64,000 bases of DNA from Macrostomum lignano (Eukaryota): assembly GCA_002269645.1 (NCBI GenBank), contig NIVC01001023.1:62001-126000 (forward strand). Reading direction: 5' to 3'. A program made the position numbers and the translations under genes. Shown piece by piece: positions 34,501 to 45,156 of this stretch (positions within the stretch are counted from its first letter, which is position 1; the number at the start of each line of letters is the position of its first letter). Under the pieces are notes generated by a model, which saw nothing but the letters and a program-made list of their open reading frames with translations, had not been told where the DNA came from and did no database searches.

Positions 34501-35583
34501 GTGGGAGATGCTGGGTGGCTCCGTTTGTGTGTGGGAGATGCTGCAGGGTGGCGCCATTTGTGTTGTGGGAGGTGCTGGGTGGCGCCATTTGAGTGTGGGA
34601 GATGCTGGGTGGCGCCATTTGTGTGTGGGAGATGCTGGATAGTGCCATTTGTGTGTGGGAGATGCTGGGTGGCGCCGTTTGTGTTGGAGATGCTGCAGGG
34701 TGGCGCCATTTGTGTTGTGGGAGGTGCTGGGTGGCGCCATTTGAGTGTGGGAGATGCTGGGTGGCGCCATTTGTGTGTGGGAGGTGCTGGGTGGCTAGAC
34801 CCTTCCACAATGCGTAACATGGCAAACGCGGACACCAGTGCTGACAGTGTCAGACTGTCAGGCCCCTCACACACTCCAATGGTCAGCAGTCTTAGGCGAC
34901 TCACCCGCACAGACAGATGCGCATCTTTCGAGCAGGGCACCAGCTCAAAGCGGAACGGACCCCAGCTGGCTGTCTCATCGAAGGCCTCCGTCAGCCGAAG
35001 GCATTCAGCGTTGCCGTCATACTCGATGCCTTCGGGTAGCTCAGCGGTCAGCTCTGAAGGTCAGAAATTGCACGGGATTTAAGTATTTCAGACAGGTTCA
35101 AACTGCAGCTTAGTCAGGTTCCAGACAGGTTCCACAAGCACCAAGAGGTTCCAACACCAAGATGTTCCAGTACCAAGAGGTTTCAGCATCAAGAGGTTCC
35201 AGCACCAAGAGATCAGCACCAAGAGACGCCAGCACCAAGAGACGCCAGCACCAAGAGACGCCAGCACCAAGAGACGCCAGCACCAAGAGACGCCAGCACC
35301 AAGAGACGCCAGCACCAAGAGACGCCAGCACCAAGAGACGCCAGCACCAAGAGACGCCAGCACCAAGAGACGCCAGCACCAAGAGACGCCAGCACCAAGA
35401 GACGCCAGCACCAAGAGACGTCAGCACCAAGAGACGTCAGCACCAAGAGACGCCAGCACCAAGAGACGCCAACACCAAGAGACGCCAGCACCAAGAGATG
35501 CCAGCAACAATGAGTTTCTACAAACAACAAATAAACTCACCTCGAAGGCAGGCGTGGTTTCTGAACAGCTCGGCAATTCTCAT
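28598..35583 (-). CDS. ZFPM: Friend-of-GATA / U-shaped zinc-finger protein with a PR-like domain, 5 exons, about 831 aa
   Basis: Exons 35583-35541 (tentative), 35053-34905, 32406-32223, 32136-31455 and 30035-28598 are phase-consistent (2496 nt). FOG-type CCHC fingers CKDC...HRSLYC and CPYCQIRFHSPSTLTAHQAFYC. C2H2 fingers CTRC...HRQFH and CSICGYIGQTERGMKMHAKVH. PR motifs SWGPF and LYLKARRPLMPGERL. Confidence 0.82.
30202..30304. other. 103-nt near-perfect hairpin in ZFPM intron 4
   Basis: 43-bp arms (30202-30244 and 30262-30304), 41 of 43 Watson-Crick pairs, 17-nt loop. Confidence 0.9.
31098..31383 (-). mobile_element. tRNA-derived CORE-type SINE
   Basis: A box GCAGCCTAGTGG and B box GGTTCGATTCC. 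CORE-like segment gagcaagacacttaactctg...cttcagttcacccagctgtaaaatggg. (TTA)n tail. Confidence 0.8.
32560..33000. repeat. (GAGAGGGAGACA)n purine-rich array
   Basis: 12-bp period in ZFPM intron 2. Confidence 0.9.
33717..34795. repeat. Minisatellite of about 30 bp (CTGGGTGGCGCCATTTGTGTGTGGGAGRTG)
   Basis: About 35 units in ZFPM intron 2. Confidence 0.92.
35190..35505. repeat. 16-bp minisatellite (GCACCAAGAGACGCCA)
   Basis: About 19 units in ZFPM intron 1. Confidence 0.92.
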
Positions 35584-36234
35584 TGCTCTGTCACTGAATT
35601 AAACAGCACAGCACGGCACAACAAACAAAATGGCGGGATGTTGTCCAGCTTCAGCAGGATAAAAGGGGGTGACTTTTGCAGACAAAAACGAGGGCTGGTA
35701 TCCTTCCTGACCTGTCTGTGTGGAATATCTGTCTGCACTGGATCTTATTGCTGTGGCTGAGGGGAGTAACGGGTCGGCAATACTCTAGTCTAGTGTATAT
35801 GGGGTGGCTCGACCTTATCTAACTGATATCAATTGCCTGAACCAACCCGCATTGCTGTGTTCTTCTTTTCTGCCCTTGTGGCCTCCGCTGTGGCTTTCGA
35901 ATTTCGGGGGAGTTTGGGGTTGGCCGCTGCCCACCCGCCCCTCGCAGTCCCCAGCGCCATGGGAGACGGGCCGGGCCCCAGTGGGACAGAGCAGCAATAG
36001 GAGAAAACGAGGCGGGCCTCTGCATCCACCCCCTCCACTTCCCCTGTTATCAGCGGCTCTTATCAATCCCGAACTGTGGGGTTGGGGTCCCAGTTTTATC
36101 TCGCTATCGATTTTCAAGGCGGATTCGCTCTCGGTTTTCTAGATTTGAAACTCAGATTCCGGAGGCCTGCGGGGGGCAGTGCCATGGTGGCCGAGATCCA
36201 CTGCATGGAGTGGTGACTTTGATGGCGCCTTTTG

Positions 36235-37035
36235 GGTGAGATTTAAGCACCGCAGGGTGAGATTTTAGCTCCGCAGGGTGAGATTTTAGCGCCGCCGCAG
36301 GGTGAGATTTAAGCGCCGCAGGGTGAGATTTAAGCGCCGCAGGGTGAGATTTTAGCTCCGCAGGGTGAGATTTTAGCTCCGCAGGGTGAGATTTTAGCTC
36401 CGCAGGGTGAGATTTTAGCTCCGCAGGGTGAGATTTTAGCTCCGCAGGGTGAGATTTAAGCGCCTTCTGGGTTAGATTTTAGCGCCGCCGCAGGGTGAGA
36501 TTTAAGCGCCGCAGGGTGAGATTTTAGCTCCGCAGGGTGAGATTTAAGCGCCTTCTGGGTTAGATTTTAGCGCCGCCGCAGGGTGAGATTTTAGCGCCGC
36601 AGGGTGAGATTTTAGCGCCGCAGGGTGAGATTTTAGCTTCGCAGGGTGAGATTTTAGCTCCGTAGGGTGAGATTTTAGCGCCTTCTGGGTTAGATTTTAG
36701 CGCCGCCGCAGGGTGAGATTTTAGCTCCGCAGGGTGAGTTTTTAGCGCCGCAGGGTGAGATTTTAGCGCCGCAGGGTGAGATTTTAGCGCCGCAGGGTGA
36801 GATTTTAGCGCCGCAGGGTGAGATTTTAGCTCCGCAGGGTGAGATTTAAGCTTCGCAGGGTGAGATTTAGGCGCCGCAGGGTGAGATTTAAGCTTCGCAG
36901 GGTGAGATTTTAGCGCCGCAGGGTGAGGTTTTAGCGCAGCAAAGTGAGATTTTAGCGCCGCAGGGTGAGGTTTTAGCGCAGCAAAGTGAGATTTTAGCGC
37001 CGCAAAGTGAGATTTTAGCGATTTTAGCGATTTTA
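36235..37035. repeat. 20-21-bp minisatellite (CGCAGGGTGAGATTTTAGCKC)
   Basis: About 38 units. Confidence 0.92.
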
Positions 37036-38207
37036 GCCTGCAGTTTTCTGGTCATGAGAGATTTGTGAGAGTTAGGAAACGCTCTCAGTGTTTGTTTCGC
37101 TTTCCTACCTGCCCAGAACCAAAATAGAAGTTAAGTATATTGAAGTTAATTTCTTTTACATTAGATGAGAGAGACGGAGAGGAGAGAGGAGAGAGGAGAG
37201 GAGAGAGGAGACAAGAGGAAAGATGAGATGAGAGATAACAGGCGAGAGGCGAGAAAGAGATGAAAGGAGAGATGAGATCAGAGGCCCCCCTGAGAGATGG
37301 AGATGAGAGAAGAGATCAGACCGAAGATAAGAGGAGAGACCCTGAGAGGAGTCGAGGAGAGAGAAGAGAGCTGAGAAGAGTCACAAACCTGCCATTGCGA
37401 ACTTGTCGGGCCGGAGTTGCCACTCCATATTCTGGCTCCAATTCTCCTTGGCGGGTGTTCTCCCAACTCCCCAAAATCGGCCTCTTATTTTGATGCGGGG
37501 GGGGGGGTGGGGCTCGAGATCTCAGATCGCCTCTTATCGCAGCGAAACAGGGCCGCAGTCTGGGGTTGGGGCGGGCAAAACCTTTCCTATCATTTATTTC
37601 CAGCTTCCCAGTTTGCACCGGGGCGCGGTAGAGGGCCTCCATAGTATGATATATGTTTTTATCGGCTTGGCAAATCTTCAGCTAGGCCTGGACCTTATCG
37701 CGATCTCCGGGTTCGCCTGCCGTGTGCGCGCATCAGTGGCTTTGAAACAGCCAGAGAGAGAGAGACAAGAGATAAAAGATCGAGCTGGCTTATCTATCGA
37801 ACTGGCATTGGGCCGAAGGCAAATGAGGGCGCTCATCTACTTTGGTGTATTCCTACGCCCTCCCCCCCCGTAGCTGATGCCTGCCTGACTTCTCACTCTG
37901 GGTTTTCTTTAGCTATTTCTGGCTTGTCTCTGTCAATCTCTCTGCCTCCTCTCCTTATACTGCTTTTGGCTGGCTTATCTCCGCTTTTTCATCTGGTCTG
38001 CCGGCCCGACAGCGCGCCCTCGCCTCCTTCCTTGCCGTTTCACGTTTGCTTACCGTGGCTTCATCTTGCGCTTTCAGCCAAGCAGCTCTGCCAGATCCAT
38101 TACCGTCCGAAGGCGCACAGAAAGTCTTACCACAACTTTACGCTTGGCTATAAAAAACAAGATAACTGGTAGAGGTGACTGGGGCCGTTGTCACAAAGGC
38201 GAAGTCA

Positions 38208-39494
38208 TGGTGCTGGCGCCCCTGGTGCTGGCGCCCCTGGTGCTGGCGCCCCTGGTGCTAAAGCCCCTGGTGCTAAAGCCCCTGGTGCTAAAGCCCCTGG
38301 TGCTGGCGCCCCTGGTGCTAAAGCCCCTGGTGCTAAAGCCCCTGGTGCTAAAGCCCCTGGTGCTAAAGCCCCTGGTGCTAAAGCCCCTGGTGCTAAAGCC
38401 CCTGGTGCTAAAGCCCCTGGTGCTAAAGCCCCTGGTGCTAAAGCCCCTGGTGCTAAAGCCCCTGGTGCTAAAGCCCCTGGTGCTAAAGCCCCTGGTGCTA
38501 AAGCCCCTGGTGCTAAAGCCCCTGGTGCTGGCGCCCCTGGTGCTAAAGCCCCTGGTGCTAAAGCCCCTGGTGCTAAAGCCCCTGGTGCTAAAGCCCCTGG
38601 TGCTAAAGCCCCTGGTGCTAAAGCCCCTGGTGCTAAAGCCCCTGGTGCTAAAGCCCCTGGTGCTAAAGCCCCTGGTGCTAAAGCCCCTGGTGCTAAAGCC
38701 CCTGGTGCTAAAGCCCCTGGTGCTAAAGCCCCTGGTGCTAAAGCCCCTGGTGCTAAAGCCCCTGGTGCTAAAGCCCCTGGTGCTAAAGCCCCTGGTGCTA
38801 AAGCCCCTGGTGCTAAAGCCCCTGGTGCTAAAGCCCCTGGTGCTAAAGCCCCTGGTGCTGGCGCCCCTGGTGCTAAAGCCCCTGGTGCTAAAGCCCCTGG
38901 TGCTAAAGCCCCTGGTGCTAAAGCCCCTGGTGCTAAAGCCCCTGGTGCTAAAGCCCCTGGTGCTAAAGCCCCTGGTGCTAAAGCCCCTGGTGCTAAAGCC
39001 CCTGGTGCTAAAGCCCCTGGTGCTAAAGCCCCTGGTGCTAAAGCCCCTGGTGCTAAAGCCCCTGGTGCTAAAGCCCCTGGTGCTAAAGCCCCTGGTGCTA
39101 AAGCCCCTGGTGCTAAAGCCCCTGGTGCTAAAGCCCCTGGTGCTAAAGCCCCTGGTGCTAAAGCCCCTGGTGCTAAAGCCCCTGGTGCTAAAGCCCCTGG
39201 TGCTAAAGCCCCTGGTGCTAAAGCCCCTGGTGCTAAAGCCCCTGGTGCTAAAGCCCCTGGTGCTAAAGCCCCTGGTGCTAAAGCCCCTGGTGCTAAAGCC
39301 CCTGGTGCTAAAGCCCCTGGTGCTAAAGCCCCTGGTGCTAAAGCCCCTGGTGCTAAAGCCCCTGGTGCTAAAGCCCCTGGTGCTAAAGCCCCTGGTGCTA
39401 AAGCCCCTGGTGCTAAAGCCCCTGGTGCTAAAGCCCCTGGTGCTAAAGCCCCTGGTGCTAAAGCCCCTGGTGCTAAAGCCCCTGGTGCTGGCGC
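38208..39494. repeat. 15-bp satellite (CCTGGTGCTAAAGCC, variant CCTGGTGCTGGCGCC), array 1
   Basis: About 86 almost invariant units. Confidence 0.95.
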
Positions 39495-40292
39495 TCAAGT
39501 TGAAAAGCTTAGCATCAACTTATATTTCTAGTTATTTTTAGCTCTACTATAGTTTGTGATTGATTGATGACAGATTTCTAAAAAAGCTTCGTCTTATCAA
39601 TCGAGTAAAAAATTATTTTGGTCTGGTCTCCAATTTCGGCACCTGCAACTTATTGAGGCCATTTCGTGTCTCCTCTATGCAGATGGGGTTCCAATCCAGA
39701 TAGCTATATAAAAACGGTCCTTGCCAGCCCGCGGTTTTTGGCATTCATTCAGTCTCTGTCCGACCCTCATGCCAGAGAAACTGCAATCTTATCTACTCTG
39801 GCCAATCTCTGGTCTGCCTGGCCTCTCTTTCCTGCTTCTCCTTATCTGTCTGTAGCATCAATTGTCTCTGAGCCTTATCTCGGCCGTCCCTCCCCGCCTC
39901 ACCCCCCGAGCCGCTATCTCCCTCTCCTTCCCTCCACTTCCATTCTAGCGAGAGGAGGGGGACCGTTCGCTTTGTGGGTTGTGGCTTGTCTGTCGGTTTC
40001 ACAGCTCGAGATTGGGTTTTGCTGCTTCTGCTAGGTTTGTTCGACACTTATTAAGAAATATAAGTTTGGCCTCGTGTGCACCTGATGCAGCAGCGCCCTA
40101 ATTAGATGGAGAATCTGTTTTAAAATCAATTCTGAGATTTAGCAGCCTGAATTTACAGCAGCAATTGCGGATGCTGTGGGTGTTCACTGCGGCATAGTTG
40201 GCACTGCACTAGCATGCCCTGAATTGGGTGTCACCGCGGTGTCAGGGGGATGTTGTTCGTGTATGGGAGTCCGTCAGGAGGGGACTGTCAGG

Positions 40293-41470
40293 ACCCTCTC
40301 ATCCTTCTGCTCTCCTACCCTCCGACCCTCCGACCCTCCTACCCTCCGACCCTCCTACCCTCCGACCCTCCGACCCCCCACCCCCCACCCCCCGACCCTC
40401 CTACCCTCCGACTCCCCCGACCCTCCGACCCCCCGACCCTCCTACCCTCCGACCCTCCTACCCTCCGACCCTCCTACCCTCCGACCCTCCTACCCTCCGA
40501 CCCTCCTACCCTCCGACCCTCCTACCCTCCGACCCTCCTACCCTCCGACCCCCTACCCCCCGACCCACCCCTACCCTCCGACCCCCCTACCCCCCGACCC
40601 TCCGACCCTCTGACCCTCCGACCCCCTAACCCCCGACCCTCCTACCCTCCGACCCTCCCACCCCCCGACCCTCCTACCCTCCGACCCCCCTACCCTCCGA
40701 CCCTCCTCCTCCGACCCTCCTCCTCCGACCCTCCTAGCCTCCGACCCCCCACCCCCCACCCCTCCGACCCTCCTACCCTCCGACCCTCCGACCCCCCCAC
40801 CCCCACCCCCGACCCTCCTACCCTCCGACTCCCCCCGACCCTCCGACCCCCCGACCCTCCTACCCTCCGACCCTCCTACCCTCCGACCCTCCTACCCTCC
40901 GACCCCCCTACCCTCCGACCCTCCTCCTCCGACCCTCCTCCTCCGACCCTCCTAGCCTCCGACCCCCCCACCCCCCACCCCCGACCCTCCTACCCTCCGA
41001 CTCCCCCGACCCTCCGACCCCCGACCCTCCTACCCTCCGACCCTCCTACCCTCCGACCCCCCTACCCCCCGACCCTCCGACCCTCCGACCCTCCGACCCT
41101 CCGACCCTCCGACCCTCCGACCCCCCACCCCCACCCCCGACCCTCCTACCCTCCGACTCCCCCCGACCCTCCGACCCCCCGACCCTCCTACCCTCCGACC
41201 CTCCTACCCTCCGACCCTCCTACCCTCCGACCCCCTACCCCCGACCCCCCTACCCTCCGACCCCCCTACCCCCGACCCTCCGACCCTCTGACCCTCCGAC
41301 CCCCCTAACCCCGACCCTCCTACCCTCCGACCCTCCCACCCCCCGACCCTCCTACCCTCCGACCCCCTACCCTCCGACCCTCCTCCTCCGACCCTCCTCC
41401 TCCGACCCTCCTAGCCTCCGACCCTCCTCCTCCGACCCTCCTCCTCCGACCCTCCTACCCTCCTCTCCAC
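40293..41470. repeat. C-rich array (CCGACCCT / CCTACCCT modules)
   Basis: 8/16-bp periodicity; G-tract-rich on the minus strand. Confidence 0.9.
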
Positions 41471-42142
41471 CCTCCACCCTGCAACGCAGCCTCGCCTCGC
41501 GAAGTGCACCCATTCGGACCAATTCGCTAGCAGCTACAGAGCTGATCCCTCACTCCCCCATGGCAGCATGAAGTGCCCACAGAGAACACAGAGTACCAGC
41601 TTTACCTTTTCACTGTTCCACCAACCTGTTACTCGGAAACAAAGAAGTTCATAAGCATAAAACTCGAAATATTCATACTCGTATGGAATCAATAAAGCTT
41701 CAATCGGTTGCACTGATGATAGAAAGGTGAAATTTTTACAATTTCAAACCATTCGAGACACCATCAGCTTCAGCTGTTCATCTGTTTACAATGCAGCTTC
41801 TACCAAATCCACTCTGTATCCAAGCCAAATGCTATGCTATCCGCATCAAATTCAACCTTAACACAGACCAAGATCTTGTCTGATAGTGCCATGAGCGTTG
41901 TAAATTGGTAACTGCTGCTGTGGGCCTTATCTTCACGCACCAATAAACCAGCGTTGCAATGCTCCCTTGCCGCGATCGCGTATAAAGATCCTTGGGATGT
42001 ACGAGTATAGGGATGATAAAATTTGAAATAATAAGTTTCATATCGGATGTAGGGATCATTCACAAGTGTCTTTGGTGAGATATTGCTTGTTTTAATTAAG
42101 ATTTCGGATTTGAAGGATTTCGGCTAGTTCGGCTACTTAGCA

Positions 42143-43381
42143 CCTGGTGCTAAAGCCCCTGGTGCTAAAGCCCCTGGTGCTAAAGCCCCTGGTGCTAAAG
42201 CCCCTGGTGCTAAAGCCCCTGGTGCTAAAGCCCCTGGTGCTAAAGCCCCTGGTGCTAAAGCCCCTGGTGCTAAAGCCCCTGGTGCTAAAGCCCCTGGTGC
42301 TGGCGCCCCTGGTGCTAAAGCCCCTGGTGCTAAAGCCCCTGGTGCTGGCGCCCCTGGTGCTGGCGCCCCTGGTGCTGGCGCCCCTGGTGCTGGCGCCCCT
42401 GGTGCTGGCGCCCCTGGTGCTGGCGCCCCTGGTGCTAAAGCCCCTGGTGCTAAAGCCCCTGGTGCTAAAGCCCCTGGTGCTAAAGCCCCTGGTGCTAAAG
42501 CCCCTGGTGCTAAAGCCCCTGGTGCTGGCGCCCCTGGTGCTAAAGCCCCTGGTGCTGGCGCCCCTGGTGCTAAAGCCCCTGGTGCTGGCGCCCCTGGTGC
42601 TAAAGCCCCTGGTGCTGGCGCCCCTGGTGCTGGCGCCCCTGGTGCTGGCGCCCCTGGTGCTAAAGCCCCTGGTGCTGGCGCCCCTGGTGTTAAAGCCCCT
42701 GGTGCTAAAGCCCCTGGTGCTAAAGCCCCTGGTGCTAAAGCCCCTGGTGCTAAAGCCCCTGGTGCTGGCGCCCCTGGTGCTAAAGCCCCTGGTGCTAAAG
42801 CCCCTGGTGCTAAAGCCCCTGGTGCTAAAGCCCCTGGTGCTGGCGCCCCTGGTGCTGGCGCCCCTGGTGCTGGCGCCCCTGGTGCTAAAGCCCCTGGTGC
42901 TAAAGCCCCTGGTGCTAAAGCCCCTGGTGCTAAAGCCCCTGGTGCTAAAGCCCCTGGTGCTAAAGCCCCTGGTGCTGGCGCCCCTGGTGCTGGCGCCCCT
43001 GGTGCTGGCGCCCCTGGTGCTAAAGCCCCTGGTGCTAAAGCCCCTGGTGCTAAAGCCCCTGGTGCTAAAGCCCCTGGTGCTAAAGCCCCTGGTGCTAAAG
43101 CCCCTGGTGCTAAAGCCCCTGGTGCTAAAGCCCCTGGTGCTAAAGCCCCTGGTGCTAAAGCCCCTGGTGCTAAAGCCCCTGGTGCTGGCGCCCCTGGTGC
43201 TGGCGCCCCTGGTGCTGGCGCCCCTGGTGCTGGCGCCCCTGGTGCTGGCGCCCCTGGTGCTGGCGCCCCTGGTGCTAAAGCCCCTGGTGCTAAAGCCCCT
43301 GGTGCTGGCGCCCCTGGTGCTGGCGCCCCTGGTGCTAAAGCCCCTGGTGCTAAAGCCTCTGGTGCTAAAGCCCCTGGTGCT
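42143..43381. repeat. 15-bp satellite, array 2 (same two unit types as 38208-39494)
   Basis: About 82 units, same orientation, with many more GGC-type units. Confidence 0.95.
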
Positions 43382-44153
43382 TCCTGAACAGCTTCATTTA
43401 TTCATTTATACCAAGAATGAATTTGCACGGTATGCACTGCATACTACTAGTTCAGTGTTAGTATGAAGTAAGTACAAGACTAGCGAGAATTACTCTTTAA
43501 ATAATGGGAAGACGGCTTCTACATATTCGGTAACCAGAAAGCAGACAGCAGACAATTCTCAAGGAAAAAGCTGGATGAGGCCTTTGCCATTGAGAAGTGC
43601 CCAACAAACCCATGCAAAATTATTGGTGAGTAATTTCGCCCTGGAGGGAAGCTAGTAATTTTAAAGTCGTTTGAATTACTGAATGTCAGTTGCTAAAAAT
43701 GGTCCTTCGTCCTGTCACAGTCGGGCAAAGTGCTCCAACTTTATCACTCAGTCAGTCAATCACCATGACTGCCCAAGTAAAGAAAGAAGCTTATACTCGT
43801 ACATGAGCAGCCATGCTCAGAGTGTGCTCAAATAGTTAAACAATAGATTACAGTAGTTCTCTCTTCCACATCATGTATAACTGGGGAACTCGCCCTTGTG
43901 GCAGACAATTTGCTTGGAGAATAAACAGGCACTCAATGGGATGTAGCGCATGCCTATCACCCTCCCTTCCCCAATGGCTCCCGTCTTCTCTCCGCTGTGG
44001 CTCTTCTCCGTGATCTGCTTCATCCCAGCCTCCCCTCCCAGACCCGAAGCTGCAGCTGCAGAGGGGGTTAGGGAAAGCAAATTTAAGAGGGAGAGTTCTG
44101 TATGGGATGGGTTAGCAGCACATATCGCCAGATGACAATGGCAGACTTAACTG

Positions 44154-44167
44154 GTTGCCATGGCAAC
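44154..44167. promoter_or_regulatory. Perfect palindromic RFX X-box
   Basis: GTTGCCATGGCAAC inside a 16-bp palindrome, about 990 nt upstream of the Kv ATG. Confidence 0.45.
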
Positions 44168-44636
44168 CATCGACTGCTGCTACTTCAAGCCCGAGTGAAG
44201 ATGCTGGAGGCTGAGCCGAAAGCCTGTAGAGTGCTGATGTAGAGGGGAGTCTGTGCTTCACAATGGTCGGTGTGGCTGCATGGCCTACCTCCCAGCCTCT
44301 CTCCCTCATCGCTGCCAGGACGTATCTTTGTTTCTACCTGAATCTGAATTTCCTGGCGCCTCAGCCTATTGACGCTGAGCTGACGCTGAATTTTTCTGTT
44401 ATTGCATTTTCTATTTTTTCAAGTGTCAGCTTCTAATTTGAATGATTAATTCAATGAATATCGCCAAATTTTATTTTAATTCAAGTCATATTTTTCACAG
44501 AGTTGCTTTGCTATACAGATGACAATACCTTTGAAAGCGTTTGTTAAAGTGACTGTCAATATTTCGATCACCAACTCTTTATTTTACTCGGGAACTCGCT
44601 CATTTACTCATGACATTACTCATGCACTCTCACAAA

Positions 44637-44812
44637 TGAGCTCATGTACTCACTTATGAGCTCATGTACTCACATATGAGCTCATGTACTCACTTATGAG
44701 CTCATGTACTCACTTATGAGCTCATGTACTCACTTATGAGCTAATGTACTCACTTATGAGCTCATGTACTCGCTTATGAGCTCAAGTACTCACTTATGAG
44801 CTCATGTACTCA
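44637..44812. repeat. 20-bp minisatellite (ATGAGCTCATGTACTCACTT) with a palindromic core
   Basis: About 9 units, 350 nt upstream of the Kv ATG. Confidence 0.9.
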
Positions 44813-45156
44813 CGTGAACACACTAACTCATACAGTCATGAAGCCACTAAGTTCCTCTTCATCCAATTTCGATTTCTCTTAAAAGCAGAAATTTCGCGAA
44901 ACACAATAGCGCTAAAAATTCAATTCCGGAGCAGAAGCAGTGCTCTCCATTGTCTCTGAGTCGATTCCTTATTGGCTGACAGCCTCTGGCACTCCCAACG
45001 CTCTTACCTCTGCATGGCATGATTCCTCATGGTAAAGCATGAAATCCTAAGGTCGTTGGAAACAATGCTCTGCACTGAGCACTGAACACTGAGCAGGCTT
45101 CAACTCTCGAAGATAACCTGTGGCTTCTGGATTCTGCTTTTAGTCTTGGCGTCAGC

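Noticed and set aside
33695-35530. Many overlapping repeat ORFs (THKWRHP, CGRCWVAPF, WCWRLL)
   Set aside because: They are translations of intronic minisatellites; only 34905-35053 is a credible exon.
38066-43466. Long ORFs of 350-490 aa (KPLVL, AKAPG, STRGF, PSDPP repeats)
   Set aside because: They are stop-free translations of 15-bp and 8/16-bp satellites, open in several frames and on both strands, with no coding context.
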